In this document: one piece after another, positions 1 to 9,925 of the stretch
How positions within the stretch are numbered: position 1 is the first letter of the stretch
Layout: every line of letters starts with the position of its first letter
Assembly: GCA_032250835.1 (NCBI GenBank)
Contig: JAVVEA010000021.1
Location: 1-57,179, forward strand
DNA: 57,179 nucleotides
Reading direction: 5' to 3'
Source: a bacterium
GTDB taxonomy: Bacteria > SAR324 > XYD2-FULL-50-16
Program-made: the position numbers and the translations under genes
The notes under the pieces: model-generated
Seen by the model: the letters and a program-made list of their open reading frames with translations, nothing else
The model's database searches: none
Told to the model about the DNA's origin: nothing

Positions 1-77
1 CCTAAATCGAGGTTCGTTACCGCAATTCAGAAATAACGCCTAATTCAAATTTTGTCTGAACTTTTCGGTCCACTATA
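1..77 (+). mobile_element. Right end (IRR) of an IS3/IS150-like insertion sequence, cut off by the window edge
   Basis: 4-77 is the exact reverse complement of 57106-57179. Frame 2-43 reads LNRGSLPQFRNNA*, resembling an IS3 OrfB C-terminus. It is followed by TTTGTCTGAACTTTTCGGTCCACTATA, which resembles IS150-group terminal repeats. Confidence 0.7.
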
Positions 78-334
78 ATCCTCCCAATATACAAAGTAAT
101 ATTTCAACTGTTTTCCCCGAAAATCAGGTGAAAAACCGGTTGATAGGATACCGGCTTTACGGCTTCTTGCTGGGATCGAGGGAGTAGAATTCTTCAGAAG
201 ACTGTAGTGCGTGCAAAAACAACGACTATTCACTGACTCCACGTCGTTTCTCTTGGGCATTGGGACTTGAATGTTCAACGGTCTGTTTTTCTCCCGGCCC
301 TTGAGAGTTATCGGGCTGGGGCCCCAAAAAGCAC

Positions 335-373
335 AAAAAAAGCCCGGCTACCTTCCAGGAGGCAGCCGGGCTT
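335..373 (-). terminator. Rho-independent terminator after the cytochrome operon
   Basis: Stem AAGCCCGGCT/AGCCGGGCTT with an A-run on + (U-tract on -), just after the stop at 400. Confidence 0.75.
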
Positions 374-399
374 AAAGTCACTTGAATCCTAAAGTAGGA

Positions 400-1020
400 T
401 TACTTCACCACCGCGCCGATGCCGGGGACGTGGATGTGTTCGCGGATGTACATGCCGCCGTGGGCCGAGATGTGGCAAGCTTCGCAGTTCGCTAAGGAGC
501 GGACCGACTTGTTCTTGATCGTCTCTTCGGTGATGTTCTGGTGGAAGTCTTTGATGTAGGGCACTTCCATGATGCTCATCGGGGCAGCGCCACCCAAGCT
601 AGCCATGACCTTAATGGAGCGCGCGGCCTTTGACTCGTCGGCGGCGTTTTTCATGATGTAATTGTTCAGCCTTGCAACCGCCGCTTTTTCCAGCATCAGT
701 TCTTCGCCAAAGTGGTCGCCCAAGGTGGTCATGATCTTGTCCCAAGAGGCCTTGGGGAGTAATTCAGGCTGGTAAGCCAAGTGGCAGGTCCCGCACTCGT
801 CAAGGTAAAGCACGTTGTCTACCCGCTTCATCTTCGGCAGTAAATCAGGCTTATCGCGGAGGTGGCACTTACCGCAGGGCAGTGGGCTGTGCGAGTGGCT
901 CGGCTTGTTGGTCACCAAGCGGTTCGCTTCGTCATCACCGGTACCACCGGTTTGTTTTTGGTCACATCCGGCCAACGCCAGCATGGCAGCGAAAAAAGAA
1001 AATAATATCAACCGTTTCAT
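400..1020 (-). CDS. Diheme cytochrome c (DHC) family lipoprotein with a third CxxCH
   Basis: Lipobox LALAGC; heme motifs CGKCH, CGTCH and CEACH; DHC signature AYQPELLP..SW...DHFGE. Confidence 0.85.
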   Translation of the reverse strand: MKRLILFSFFAAMLALAGCDQKQTGGTGDDEANRLVTNKPSHSHSPLPCGKCHLRDKPDLLPKMKRVDNVLYLDECGTCHLAYQPELLPKASWDKIMTTLGDHFGEELMLEKAAVARLNNYIMKNAADESKAARSIKVMASLGGAAPMSIMEVPYIKDFHQNITEETIKNKSVRSLANCEACHISAHGGMYIREHIHVPGIGAVVK

Positions 1021-1032
1021 TATCGTTCCTAG

Positions 1033-2232
1033 TTAAAGGGTTGGTGGGTGGTACTGGGCCCATAGTGACCCTAGGTTGGCCTCTTTCCCTGAGGCATTGT
1101 CAGCCCGTTGAAGTTCGGGAACTTCAATATGGGCGTCTTCAAAGGAGCCAAAAAGGGCCAACCGATGGCAAGCGATACAATTGATGCGGTTGCGTATCGG
1201 GGCGGTCTTAAAGGTTTCCTCGCTAATCTCTTGATGTCTAAAATCCCAATAGGGAAGTTCCGTGATCCGCTGGGGCTTTTGCGTGGGCCCAATCTTGCGG
1301 GTCAAATAATAAGCGGCTTCGCTGTCGCTCCTTTCGGCGGCACCGGCCAAAAGGTAGTTGCGCAGGCGCACCGTCCCTTCTTCGTCTAAGCTAGCATCGT
1401 CGCCAAAATGGTCCTCTAAATTGGCCACCATTTCCTCCCAACTGCGCTGGGGCAGCAAGTTGGGTGGGAAGGCGAAATGACAAGCCCCACACTCGAAGGT
1501 GTAAAACTGCATCTCTTTGTCCTTGTCGTGATCCAACCCCTTCTTCGTCTCAGCCGTGCGGAAGTCAGTGGGCCAAAACACCACAAAGGCTAAGGTGGCA
1601 AAGGTGACCGCCAAGGTATAGGCCTTGGCTTGGCACCGGGGCTTTAGGTCCTCTTCGGGCAAGGCTAGGTAATCTTCAGGCGGATGTTTTTTTCCGTCCA
1701 CAAAGATAGCCTTCACTAAGTTTTCGCGGTGCAGATAAGAATCCGTGGCCGCACCGGCCAAATGCAAGGCAATCAACCCCAGCAGGCTGTAGGCCAAATA
1801 CTGATGCCATTGATCCGCTAAGTACCCCTGGGCATGGCTCAAGACCCCGGCCAAGAGCCCGATGCGTTCCTGTCCGCCCAACACCAACAAGCCCGTCAAA
1901 GCGGCTAGCCCCGAAAAAACCACCATCAGGCCAAAAACGTAAGAGGCCAATGGGTTGTGCTCTAATATCTTGGGCGGCTTGAGCCGGAAGAGTCGGCTGC
2001 AATAGTTAGCCGCTACGCTGGGGGCCCGTAAAAAGGATTCATAACGAGCGTAATAATTCCCCACAAAGCCGTATCCAAGCCTAAAGACCACCAACCCCAA
2101 AACGAACTCACCAAAGTAAATATGCAGCGTCAGTGCAGATTCATTCAGGCTACTTAAGAACGCTCCGCCAACGCAGAGCGCCAACAGCCAGTGAAACACT
2201 CTGGTGGGGAGATCCCAAACCTTGACCTTCAT
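1033..2232 (-). CDS. Cytochrome b (Ni-hydrogenase type) fused to a diheme cytochrome c domain
   Basis: VKVWDLPTRVFHW, HNPL and TM helices; C-terminal CGACH and CIACH with DHFGDDASL. Confidence 0.88.
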   Translation of the reverse strand: MKVKVWDLPTRVFHWLLALCVGGAFLSSLNESALTLHIYFGEFVLGLVVFRLGYGFVGNYYARYESFLRAPSVAANYCSRLFRLKPPKILEHNPLASYVFGLMVVFSGLAALTGLLVLGGQERIGLLAGVLSHAQGYLADQWHQYLAYSLLGLIALHLAGAATDSYLHRENLVKAIFVDGKKHPPEDYLALPEEDLKPRCQAKAYTLAVTFATLAFVVFWPTDFRTAETKKGLDHDKDKEMQFYTFECGACHFAFPPNLLPQRSWEEMVANLEDHFGDDASLDEEGTVRLRNYLLAGAAERSDSEAAYYLTRKIGPTQKPQRITELPYWDFRHQEISEETFKTAPIRNRINCIACHRLALFGSFEDAHIEVPELQRADNASGKEANLGSLWAQYHPPTL

Positions 2233-2362
2233 TTAAGGGGGTGTTTGGAGGTGGCTAAATCTATATCCATATATACGAATACGTTTGACATGGCGGATTC
2301 TTTTTGACCAGAAAAAAGTGGTAAACTTTAGATTTCGAGGTCGGCTAGCGCTTGATCTAGCT

Positions 2363-2743
2363 TCAGGCTCCGCCCTTGCGGCTGAAGTCGCGGGACAATT
2401 GCTGCTTTTCCCATTCGGGCATCTGGTCGATCAGTTCCATGGCCCGTTGGATCGTGGCCTCGGGGCTCATCCGTTGGATCTCGGCCAGTTCTAGCTTACC
2501 TTCAGAGACGCCCCAAAGTAGCGCCTTGTGGATCAATTCCCGCTGAGCTTCCATCGCCCCCGAACCGCCTTTGGGCGGCTCAATGGTTATGCCTTCCTGG
2601 GGCCCTGGCACGCGGGTCGAGCTGGCCTCGGTATCTATGCGGGACACGCCGGAGATCAAGTGGATCGCCTGGACGCGGAGGTCTACCTCGGCCTCGGAGA
2701 GGTCCTCATCAAAAATAACTTGGATTCGGTGGCTCGGTTGCAT
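2363..2743 (-). CDS. Hypothetical protein
   Basis: ORF with plausible composition; ATG at 2743 chosen as start; no motif recognised. Confidence 0.6.
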   Translation of the reverse strand: MQPSHRIQVIFDEDLSEAEVDLRVQAIHLISGVSRIDTEASSTRVPGPQEGITIEPPKGGSGAMEAQRELIHKALLWGVSEGKLELAEIQRMSPEATIQRAMELIDQMPEWEKQQLSRDFSRKGGA

Positions 2744-2881
2744 AGGCCTCTGCTCGGTTGAAAAAAAGAATTGTCTCAGCCAGCCTGGGGTTTGACAAGT
2801 CATTTTCCTTTTTCACAAGGGCCACTTTTTGCATCTAAAGTTTCTAGTGAACATGCCTTGTTGACCAAACCTGGGAGCCAG

Positions 2882-3445
2882 ATGGGCCGAATTAGCCTCT
2901 TATTTATTTGCCTATTCAGTCTTTTCCCCGCTTCGGGGTGGGCCTGGGACCTTGCTTTGGGGCTACAGCGAACCAAACCCCAGATCGGCTACCACCAACA
3001 GACCTACCAAAGCGACGCAGGCAATTGGAGCTTTAAGCCCGATGGCGAAGAAACCATCTTCGGGCAGGCGCTCACCCTAGACCTAATCATCGACTGGGCG
3101 ATGATCGAATACGAACAAAGCGAATATAAAACCACCACCAAAACCAGCGACAGCAGCGGCAATTTGGTCGAATTAAGCCCCACCTTTACCCAGGAACGCT
3201 TAGGGCTCTATTTTTCAGCCGAGCGGGAGTTGGCAGGTTTCTTTATCGGCGGCGGCTTCGACCGGTCTAAGGAATCCTTCGATTACAACGGAAACACCTA
3301 CCGCTATGAGGGCACCTCCCCTTACGCCAAGGCGGGCATTTTAATGATCTTCGGCCCCTTTAGAGTGCGCGCCGAACAACTGCACAGCTCGATTGGTGAA
3401 CATTTTTTAAAGACCAACAGCCTAGGTCTGCTCCTTCAGTTTTAA
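2882..3445 (+). CDS. Putative small outer-membrane beta-barrel protein
   Basis: Signal peptide ending ..SGWA, alternating beta-strand pattern, C-terminal Phe (LGLLLQF). Confidence 0.6.
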   Translation: MGRISLLFICLFSLFPASGWAWDLALGLQRTKPQIGYHQQTYQSDAGNWSFKPDGEETIFGQALTLDLIIDWAMIEYEQSEYKTTTKTSDSSGNLVELSPTFTQERLGLYFSAERELAGFFIGGGFDRSKESFDYNGNTYRYEGTSPYAKAGILMIFGPFRVRAEQLHSSIGEHFLKTNSLGLLLQF

Positions 3446-3446
3446 T

Positions 3447-4223
3447 TCAGTGGCCTCTAGGGGCGCTCCAATACTCCTTACCGCTACCCACGGCGCGCGC
3501 TCCGGCGATGGCCTGGGCAGCGTATGCTTTGGCCTTACGCGCCGCTTCGGGCCAAGCCAACCCCCGCAACCGGTAAGACAACAGGGCGGCTGAAAGCAGG
3601 CAGCCAGTGCCGTGGGGGTCTTTGCCTTCGATCCGCGTTCCCTCAAGCCATTCTTCCCCTTCTGGGCCCAAATAGAGGTCCAAAGGCGCTCCGTTCAGGT
3701 GCCCCCCTTTGACCAACACCGCCCTGGGCCCCATGGCCAGCAGCTTGTGGGCCGCCGCAACCATCTCGCGGGGCCCCTGGATCTCCAAGCCTGTCAACTT
3801 AGCCGCCTCAGCTAAGTTGGGAGTGATCAGGTCCACCAGCGGCATCAACCGCGCCTTAAAGAGCCCCAGCGCCTCTTCGCGCAAGAGCAAGTGGCCGGAG
3901 CTGGAAACCAACACCGGGTCTAACACCTTCGGACCCGAAAAGCCGGTCAACTGCTGGGCCGACCAAGCCACCAACTCCTCATTCAACAACATCCCCAGCT
4001 TGACCCCGGCGATTTGGAAATCCACTTGAAGACTCTGCATCTGTTGGTTTAAAAAGCCCTTATCCACCGGTGCGACCGCCTGCACCCCCACAGAGTTTTG
4101 GGCGGTCATCGCGGTGGGTAGCGCCAAACCCCAAAGACCTAAGGCCTCAAAAACCTTCAGGTCCGCCAGAACCCCCGCCCCGCCGCTGGGATCAAAGCCC
4201 GCTAAGGTCAACGCGGTACGCAT
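3447..4223 (-). CDS. thiD: Hydroxymethylpyrimidine/phosphomethylpyrimidine kinase
   Basis: ALTLAGFDPSGGAG, TAQNSVGV, LITPNLAEA, KGGH, HGTGC. Confidence 0.93.
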   Translation of the reverse strand: MRTALTLAGFDPSGGAGVLADLKVFEALGLWGLALPTAMTAQNSVGVQAVAPVDKGFLNQQMQSLQVDFQIAGVKLGMLLNEELVAWSAQQLTGFSGPKVLDPVLVSSSGHLLLREEALGLFKARLMPLVDLITPNLAEAAKLTGLEIQGPREMVAAAHKLLAMGPRAVLVKGGHLNGAPLDLYLGPEGEEWLEGTRIEGKDPHGTGCLLSAALLSYRLRGLAWPEAARKAKAYAAQAIAGARAVGSGKEYWSAPRGH

Positions 4224-4286
4224 GGGGCCTCCTTGACGCCGGACCCAAGGCCCGATAAGTTGGCGTAACCCCAAACACAAGCTGCC

Positions 4287-5042
4287 ATGTTCTTTTGGCT
4301 TTCAAAAACCCTGCGCCTTTTCATCGACCCCCTCTTTTGGATCTTTGCCCTTTGGGGCTGGTTGATATGGCGTCGTGGCGGGTGGCGGACCCGGTCTCTT
4401 TGGCTGATTTTTTACCTCGCCTCGATCCCGGCCATCAGCGGCCCCCTGCTCTATTCTCTAGAGCATCTTAGCTCAGGCAGTCCAATCCGAAAAGACTATG
4501 ATTATATTCTGGTGCTTACCGGCCTGTTGGACCTCCGGTTGAGTGAACAGGGACCGGCCTTCAACGCCGCCGCTGACCGGATTACTGAGGCTTTGCGGCT
4601 CTACCGCGCGGGGGTGGGCAATAAATTATTGATAGTTGGCGGGGAGGGTGCGCTCAAACCCACCGGGCGCTCCGAAGCCCAGGTGCTCCAGACCTGGTTG
4701 CTCGCCCAAGGCGTTGGGGCCGAAGATTTATTGATCGGTCCCGACTCGCGAAACACCTATGAGAACGCCCTTGAGGTACGCCAGTTGACGGCGGGGTTGG
4801 ATCGGCCTAAGTTGCTTTTAGTGACCTCGGCGTTTCATCTTTACCGTGCCCAGGGGGCCTTTGCGGCCGTCGGCGTCGAGACAGACCTTTACCCTACCGA
4901 CTTTCGGGGCCATATCCAGCCTTCGGGCTTAAGCGACTTCCTGCCCTTTTCCGGCGCGCTGAGCGACAGCGGGCTGGTCTTGCGGGAACTAACCGGAATT
5001 TTAGCCTACCGATTGAGTGGCCAAGCCAAATTTGGAGATTGA
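4287..5042 (+). CDS. YdcF/DUF218 (ElyC/SanA-like) envelope protein
   Basis: N-terminal TM; DRITEA, SEA, SRNTYENA, LVTSAFHLYRA. Confidence 0.88.
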   Translation: MFFWLSKTLRLFIDPLFWIFALWGWLIWRRGGWRTRSLWLIFYLASIPAISGPLLYSLEHLSSGSPIRKDYDYILVLTGLLDLRLSEQGPAFNAAADRITEALRLYRAGVGNKLLIVGGEGALKPTGRSEAQVLQTWLLAQGVGAEDLLIGPDSRNTYENALEVRQLTAGLDRPKLLLVTSAFHLYRAQGAFAAVGVETDLYPTDFRGHIQPSGLSDFLPFSGALSDSGLVLRELTGILAYRLSGQAKFGD

Positions 5043-5045
5043 TTG

Positions 5046-5438
5046 ATGAGAAAATACCGTGTGCCTCTGCCGCCGATGCCCACCAAAAAATACAACTTGC
5101 GCCTTGAGCCCTCCGGCAAGGTTTATGAGGTAGACCCCGCCAAGTTGCCCTACACGCGCCACGGATTACCCGGTTCGGTTTTAGATATTGTCAGCGCCGT
5201 AGACGAGCACGCCATCGAACATACCTGCGGAGGCGTACAGGCCTGCTCAACTTGCCATGTCTACATAGCCGACGGCTTTGATTGCTGTGGTGAGATGAGC
5301 GAGCGCGAAGAAGACTTTTTGGAAACCGCCCGGGCGGTCAAGTTGAACTCGAGGCTCGCCTGCTGCGCCGTCCCTGACGGGAGCCAAGACGTGGTGGTCG
5401 AGGTCCCCTCCTGGAACAAAAACGAGGTTAAAGAATAG
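5046..5438 (+). CDS. fdx: [2Fe-2S] ferredoxin, adrenodoxin/ISC type
   Basis: HTCGGVQACSTCHV...SRLAC. Confidence 0.88.
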   Translation: MRKYRVPLPPMPTKKYNLRLEPSGKVYEVDPAKLPYTRHGLPGSVLDIVSAVDEHAIEHTCGGVQACSTCHVYIADGFDCCGEMSEREEDFLETARAVKLNSRLACCAVPDGSQDVVVEVPSWNKNEVKE

Positions 5439-5461
5439 GGGCTTAGCCGAGACCCCTTAAG

Positions 5462-7114
5462 CTATTCTTTCGGGGTTTTGGGCTTTTTCTGCTGGCCCTG
5501 TTCGGTGACGTCGGACCAGAAGCTTTGCCCCGTCGCCTCGATGTCATCGGTGGCCCAATCTTCTAAGGGCGGCTCGTCGTCAAGCTCCAAATCCAAAGGG
5601 GCCGAGCGTAAGGTTTCTTCTAACATGTCGGGAACCAACGAATCGAAGCCACCGTGCAGCTCGTTGCTCTCTTGTTCGGCGTTGTGGGCCTCTTTCGGGG
5701 ATGCCGGAGAATCCAAGAGCCTAAATACTTCTTCTAGCTCCCCTAAATTTCGGTTCTTGAGGTCCGTTACCTGCTGCTGTTGGAAGTGGACCGAGGCGCG
5801 CTCCAAGGTGCTTGAAGCAACCAAGATTTCCTCGCGACCAGAACAACCACAGAGAAACTCGGCTACCGAAGCGCTATCCCCAATAAAGGTATAAGCGCCC
5901 TTACGGTTGCCCAGAGTTCCGGCAATGCCCGCCGCCGAATGCAGGCCAATGCCGTAGTCTAGTTGTTTCTGCCCCAATACCTTACGCTGGTGGTTTTGCT
6001 CCTTCCAGGCCTTGGCTAATTTGATCGAGGCGCGCAGCGCGTTGTTGATCCCGTTCATCCCTTCAAAAAGGGTGTAGACCTTGTCGCCCACAATCTTGAC
6101 CACCTGCCCGCCGGATTCACTGACCTGCTGTTCAAAACCCGCTAAATACTCATTGAGGAGCTTCGATAGATTCTCTGGCGATTCGGTAGCGATCCAATCT
6201 TGAACCCCGGGAATCCTAGCACAGAGGCAGGTGAGATCGGCTTTACGCAACGAATAGTCGGTCTTGACCTTTTCGGGTACTTGGCCCTTGGCGAGGCGGT
6301 TCTGTACCGCCTGTTGCTGGATTTGGCGCAAGCCCAAAGCCATCCGGTTGAAGGCTTGCAGCAGCTTACCCAGCTCGTCATTGTGGTGGGTCTCTAATTC
6401 TTGTTCATACTGCCCAGCGGACACTTGATTGAGCGCCAGGGTCAAACGGTTCAAACCCGACGCCATGGGCAAATGGTAGGCCCAAATCAAGATCATCCCC
6501 AGGGCGCTTATCCAAAAACCGTTAAAAATAAGCGTATTGGCCGTGTCGGCTAAGATCTCATCGTAACCGATCAAAACCTGCACGGTGCCTATGCGCACCT
6601 GCTCCCCTTCCTTAGGGACCGTAATGGCGCGTAAAAACTGAAAGACCCGCCGATTTTGTCCGTCTATCTGGTAAGTGATTTCTAAGGAAAAAACCGAATC
6701 GGCCGGGGTGCTGTCTAACTGTTCCACCAGCGTACTATGCGCCTTTTGGCCCACATACTCGGGCCTCGTCGAGGCGTAATAGATGCCCGTAGGGTGCAAG
6801 ATCACCGAGGTTTGGATAAAGCCGTCTTGTTTGTCTAAAACTTCGGTGCGGAACTGCTCTAACTCGTCGGCCAGTTCCTGTTGGTCCCGGTTGTACAGAG
6901 CATTTAAGGTCATCTGGGAAACCAAAACGGCCTGGGACCGGCCCAGGGCCTGGACCTGTTCTAGCCGGGATGCCGCCATATTGGGCAAGAAAAAGAGGTA
7001 AAGCGCCAAGATCAAACAGCCCGCCAGCACCAATAACGCCAACATCTGTTTGTAGACAATCGGCAAATTATTCAGCGCCGAGCCTTGTTTGGCTTCAAAT
7101 TGGCTTTGGCTCAT
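5462..7114 (-). CDS. Membrane HAMP plus class III cyclase-fold protein with degenerate catalytic residues
   Basis: Two TMs, periplasmic domain, HAMP (DELGKLLQAFNRM); cyclase motifs GGQVVKIVGD, GIGLHS, YTFIGD. Confidence 0.8.
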   Translation of the reverse strand: MSQSQFEAKQGSALNNLPIVYKQMLALLVLAGCLILALYLFFLPNMAASRLEQVQALGRSQAVLVSQMTLNALYNRDQQELADELEQFRTEVLDKQDGFIQTSVILHPTGIYYASTRPEYVGQKAHSTLVEQLDSTPADSVFSLEITYQIDGQNRRVFQFLRAITVPKEGEQVRIGTVQVLIGYDEILADTANTLIFNGFWISALGMILIWAYHLPMASGLNRLTLALNQVSAGQYEQELETHHNDELGKLLQAFNRMALGLRQIQQQAVQNRLAKGQVPEKVKTDYSLRKADLTCLCARIPGVQDWIATESPENLSKLLNEYLAGFEQQVSESGGQVVKIVGDKVYTLFEGMNGINNALRASIKLAKAWKEQNHQRKVLGQKQLDYGIGLHSAAGIAGTLGNRKGAYTFIGDSASVAEFLCGCSGREEILVASSTLERASVHFQQQQVTDLKNRNLGELEEVFRLLDSPASPKEAHNAEQESNELHGGFDSLVPDMLEETLRSAPLDLELDDEPPLEDWATDDIEATGQSFWSDVTEQGQQKKPKTPKE

Positions 7115-7143
7115 CTCTGGGTTCCCTTATTAGGAGGTTGTTC

Positions 7144-8898
7144 TTAAGCATCCGGGTCGGCAACTACCCGTAACATTTCTTCTAAACTAGTGGTTCCGCC
7201 CAACACCTTTAAGGCGCAATCGTCCGACAGCTCAAGCATTCCGGCCTGTACGGCCAGCTTGCGTATTTCGCCTGAATCTTCTCCGCGGCTGATGGCGCGG
7301 CGAACGGGCTCGTCGATCACAAGCAATTCATATACCCCCAAGCGCCCTGTATAGCCATTAGACTGGCAGGCATCACAGCCCCGGCCCCGCCAAATATGGC
7401 CACAGAAGTTCTGTAAAAATCGTTCCTTGATTCCGGCGCGGCGTAGTTCCGCTGGGGTGATGCTCTGTTCTTCTTTACAATGGGGGCAAATTTTACGCAC
7501 CAACCGCTGGGAGATCACCGCCGTTAACGTGCTGGAAACCAAAAAGGGCTCAATCCCCATATCAATCATGCGGATGATCGAACTCGGAGCATCGTTGGTG
7601 TGCAAAGTGCTGAGCACCAAGTGGCCCGTCAGCGAAGCCTGGATGCCGATCTGGGCGGTTTCGGCATCGCGCATTTCACCGACCATGATCACATCCGGGT
7701 CTTGGCGCAACATAGACCGCAACCCTTTGGCAAAAGTCACGCCGGTCTTTTCGTTGACCTGCATCTGCCCATAATCACCGATGCGGTATTCCACCGGGTC
7801 TTCAATGGTGACGATGTTTTTTTGCTGGGCATCGATCTTTGCTAGCAGGCTATACAACGTGGTGGTTTTACCCGAACCGGTCGGACCGGTAACCAGCAAA
7901 ATGCCATGGGGCCGCTGGACCATACGTTCTAAGGTCTCGGCCATGGCCGGTGAAAAACCTAGTTGGTCTAGACTCAAGATACCCAGGCTTTGGTTAAGCA
8001 AACGCAGAACCGCCTGTTCCCCGTGCACCGTGGGGATGATACTGACCCGGATGTCGATCCGCTTGCCCGCCAGCAGGATCATGCTGCGCCCGTCTTGGGG
8101 CTTGTTTTTGGTGGAGATGTCGAGCCCGGCCATCACCTTGACCCGGTTGACCAAGGGCACGTGCCCCGCACGGGGCACCTTGGCCAGCGGACGTAACAAG
8201 CCATCGATGCGGTAGCGCACTTGAGAATCCTTAAAGCCCGGATCGATGTGTACATCCGAGGACTGGTCCTTGACTGCTTGGAATAAGATGCTGTTCATCA
8301 GCCGTTTGATGGGCTCTTCGTCCTCAGCGTCTAACAGGTCTTCGGTTTCTTCGGCACCCCACTCTTTTAGGTAGTCTAGGTCCTGATCTCCTTCTAAGAC
8401 CTCGGCGGCCTCTTCGGCGCTAGACTGGCCTTTGTCGAAGCTGCGGTTGATGGCGGCGGTGATCTCGTGCGGTCGGGCAATAGCGAGCTTTAAGCGGCGC
8501 AACCCTAAGGCCCGGGCCACTTCTTCAAAGGGACCACGCGGCCAGGGGTCGGCCACCGCCAGGGTGACGCTTTCTGGCCCGAGGCGCAGAGGATAACAAA
8601 GGTGGGCTTTGGCGAAACGGATGCCCACCAGCTCAGTGAACCGGGCCAAGGCAACTGACTCGGGCTCCGGTAAAGGATCGGCATATTCTAAGTCCAGCAA
8701 CCGGGCCAAGCCGCGCTGGTAATCTCGTTCCTTAACCAAACCGGCTTTATCCAGGGCTTCGCGGAGGCTGCTGCCCTTTTGGCGCGCCGCCAAGACAGCC
8801 TGTTCGATCACCGCCTCACGCTCAGCAATCCCCCCCGAAAGTTCTTGAGCTAAGCGGCGAAGCCAGGGCCCTACCACCTCACCGGTCCTTTGATTCAT
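7144..8898 (-). CDS. Type II secretion/type IV pilus assembly ATPase (GspE/PilB family)
   Basis: SDVHIDP, GPTGSGKTTT, TIEDPVE, LRQDPDVIMVGEMRD, TGHLVLSTLH, CPHC..CDAC. Confidence 0.93.
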   Translation of the reverse strand: MNQRTGEVVGPWLRRLAQELSGGIAEREAVIEQAVLAARQKGSSLREALDKAGLVKERDYQRGLARLLDLEYADPLPEPESVALARFTELVGIRFAKAHLCYPLRLGPESVTLAVADPWPRGPFEEVARALGLRRLKLAIARPHEITAAINRSFDKGQSSAEEAAEVLEGDQDLDYLKEWGAEETEDLLDAEDEEPIKRLMNSILFQAVKDQSSDVHIDPGFKDSQVRYRIDGLLRPLAKVPRAGHVPLVNRVKVMAGLDISTKNKPQDGRSMILLAGKRIDIRVSIIPTVHGEQAVLRLLNQSLGILSLDQLGFSPAMAETLERMVQRPHGILLVTGPTGSGKTTTLYSLLAKIDAQQKNIVTIEDPVEYRIGDYGQMQVNEKTGVTFAKGLRSMLRQDPDVIMVGEMRDAETAQIGIQASLTGHLVLSTLHTNDAPSSIIRMIDMGIEPFLVSSTLTAVISQRLVRKICPHCKEEQSITPAELRRAGIKERFLQNFCGHIWRGRGCDACQSNGYTGRLGVYELLVIDEPVRRAISRGEDSGEIRKLAVQAGMLELSDDCALKVLGGTTSLEEMLRVVADPDA

Positions 8899-9746
8899 GC
8901 ACCCAAGGCCTTGGGCGGTCGCCCCTTAGAGCGCACCCGTTTGCTTTCTTGTCGTTTGATCCGTTTGAGTACTTGCTCTTTACTCAGTTTTTCTTTCTGG
9001 AAATTCACCAGTTGATACAAGGTGGTGATTTCGCGTTCTTTAAGGTCTTCAAGAAAGCGGTTTAAGAAGAAATGGGTAGCCATTACGTCCGGCATAGCCC
9101 GGTGGCGGTCGTCTACTTCATAACCAAAATGATGGCTCAAACCGGTCACCCCACAGGCCCGTAATTCAGGCAAGAGACGCCGGGCCACCGCAAAGGTACA
9201 AACCGGCAAAGGTAGCTTGAGACGCGGCATCCCCAGGCGGTCGATTTCAGCATTGATGAAGTTAAAATCAAAGGGAGCGTTGTGGGCCACCAAGACGCTA
9301 TCGCCCATAAAGTCGATAAACCGGGGCATCACCTCTTCGATGGGAGGGGCCTGTTCAACATCCTCATTTTGGATACCCGTCAGGCGGGTGATGTGGCGGC
9401 TGATCTTTTTTTGAGGGTTGACCAGTTCTTCAAAGCGGTCGATCTCTTGCCCTTTTAAAACTTTGATCGCCGCTAGATCGATGATCCGGTCGCTGCCGCG
9501 CAGTGAGCCGGTGGTCTCAATGTCGGTGATCACAAAAACCACCTCATCTAAGGGGCGGTCGGGCGGTAAGAGCTCTTCGAGCGGAGCGGCTTGCCAAAGT
9601 CCGGGTTCCTTCAGGAGGAATCGGCGGTCGCCTTTCATGGCCACAAAAGCCTCTTCAGGGTGACGTAACCCTAGAAACTTAGTAATATGGCTTTCACTCA
9701 GTGGCTTTTCATGCCGGAAAAGAAGTTGAAAAATCGAGTCGATCAA
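8895..9746 (-). CDS. DEDDh 3'-5' exonuclease (DnaQ/PolC-like)
   Basis: DIETTG, VAHNAPFD, HRAMPD. Confidence 0.88.
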   Translation of the reverse strand: MIDSIFQLLFRHEKPLSESHITKFLGLRHPEEAFVAMKGDRRFLLKEPGLWQAAPLEELLPPDRPLDEVVFVITDIETTGSLRGSDRIIDLAAIKVLKGQEIDRFEELVNPQKKISRHITRLTGIQNEDVEQAPPIEEVMPRFIDFMGDSVLVAHNAPFDFNFINAEIDRLGMPRLKLPLPVCTFAVARRLLPELRACGVTGLSHHFGYEVDDRHRAMPDVMATHFFLNRFLEDLKEREITTLYQLVNFQKEKLSKEQVLKRIKRQESKRVRSKGRPPKALGA

Positions 9747-9925
9747 GGTATTTCCTTAAAGGCTGGTTCGGCCCTTAGGCCGCTCGGCAACAGATTGATT
9801 TAGGCTATCAATTCACTAGCTTCTTGCCTAGTCAAAATTTCCCGCGCGGGCCTACTGGTGGCCCCTAAGAAGCTGCGCCAGGGAGCAATCCCCTTGATCG
9901 ATGCAAGTTTTGTGACAGGCCCCCC

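Noticed and set aside
45-278. 77-aa minus-strand ORF
   Set aside because: Runs into the IS end, has no motif and an atypical composition; probably spurious.
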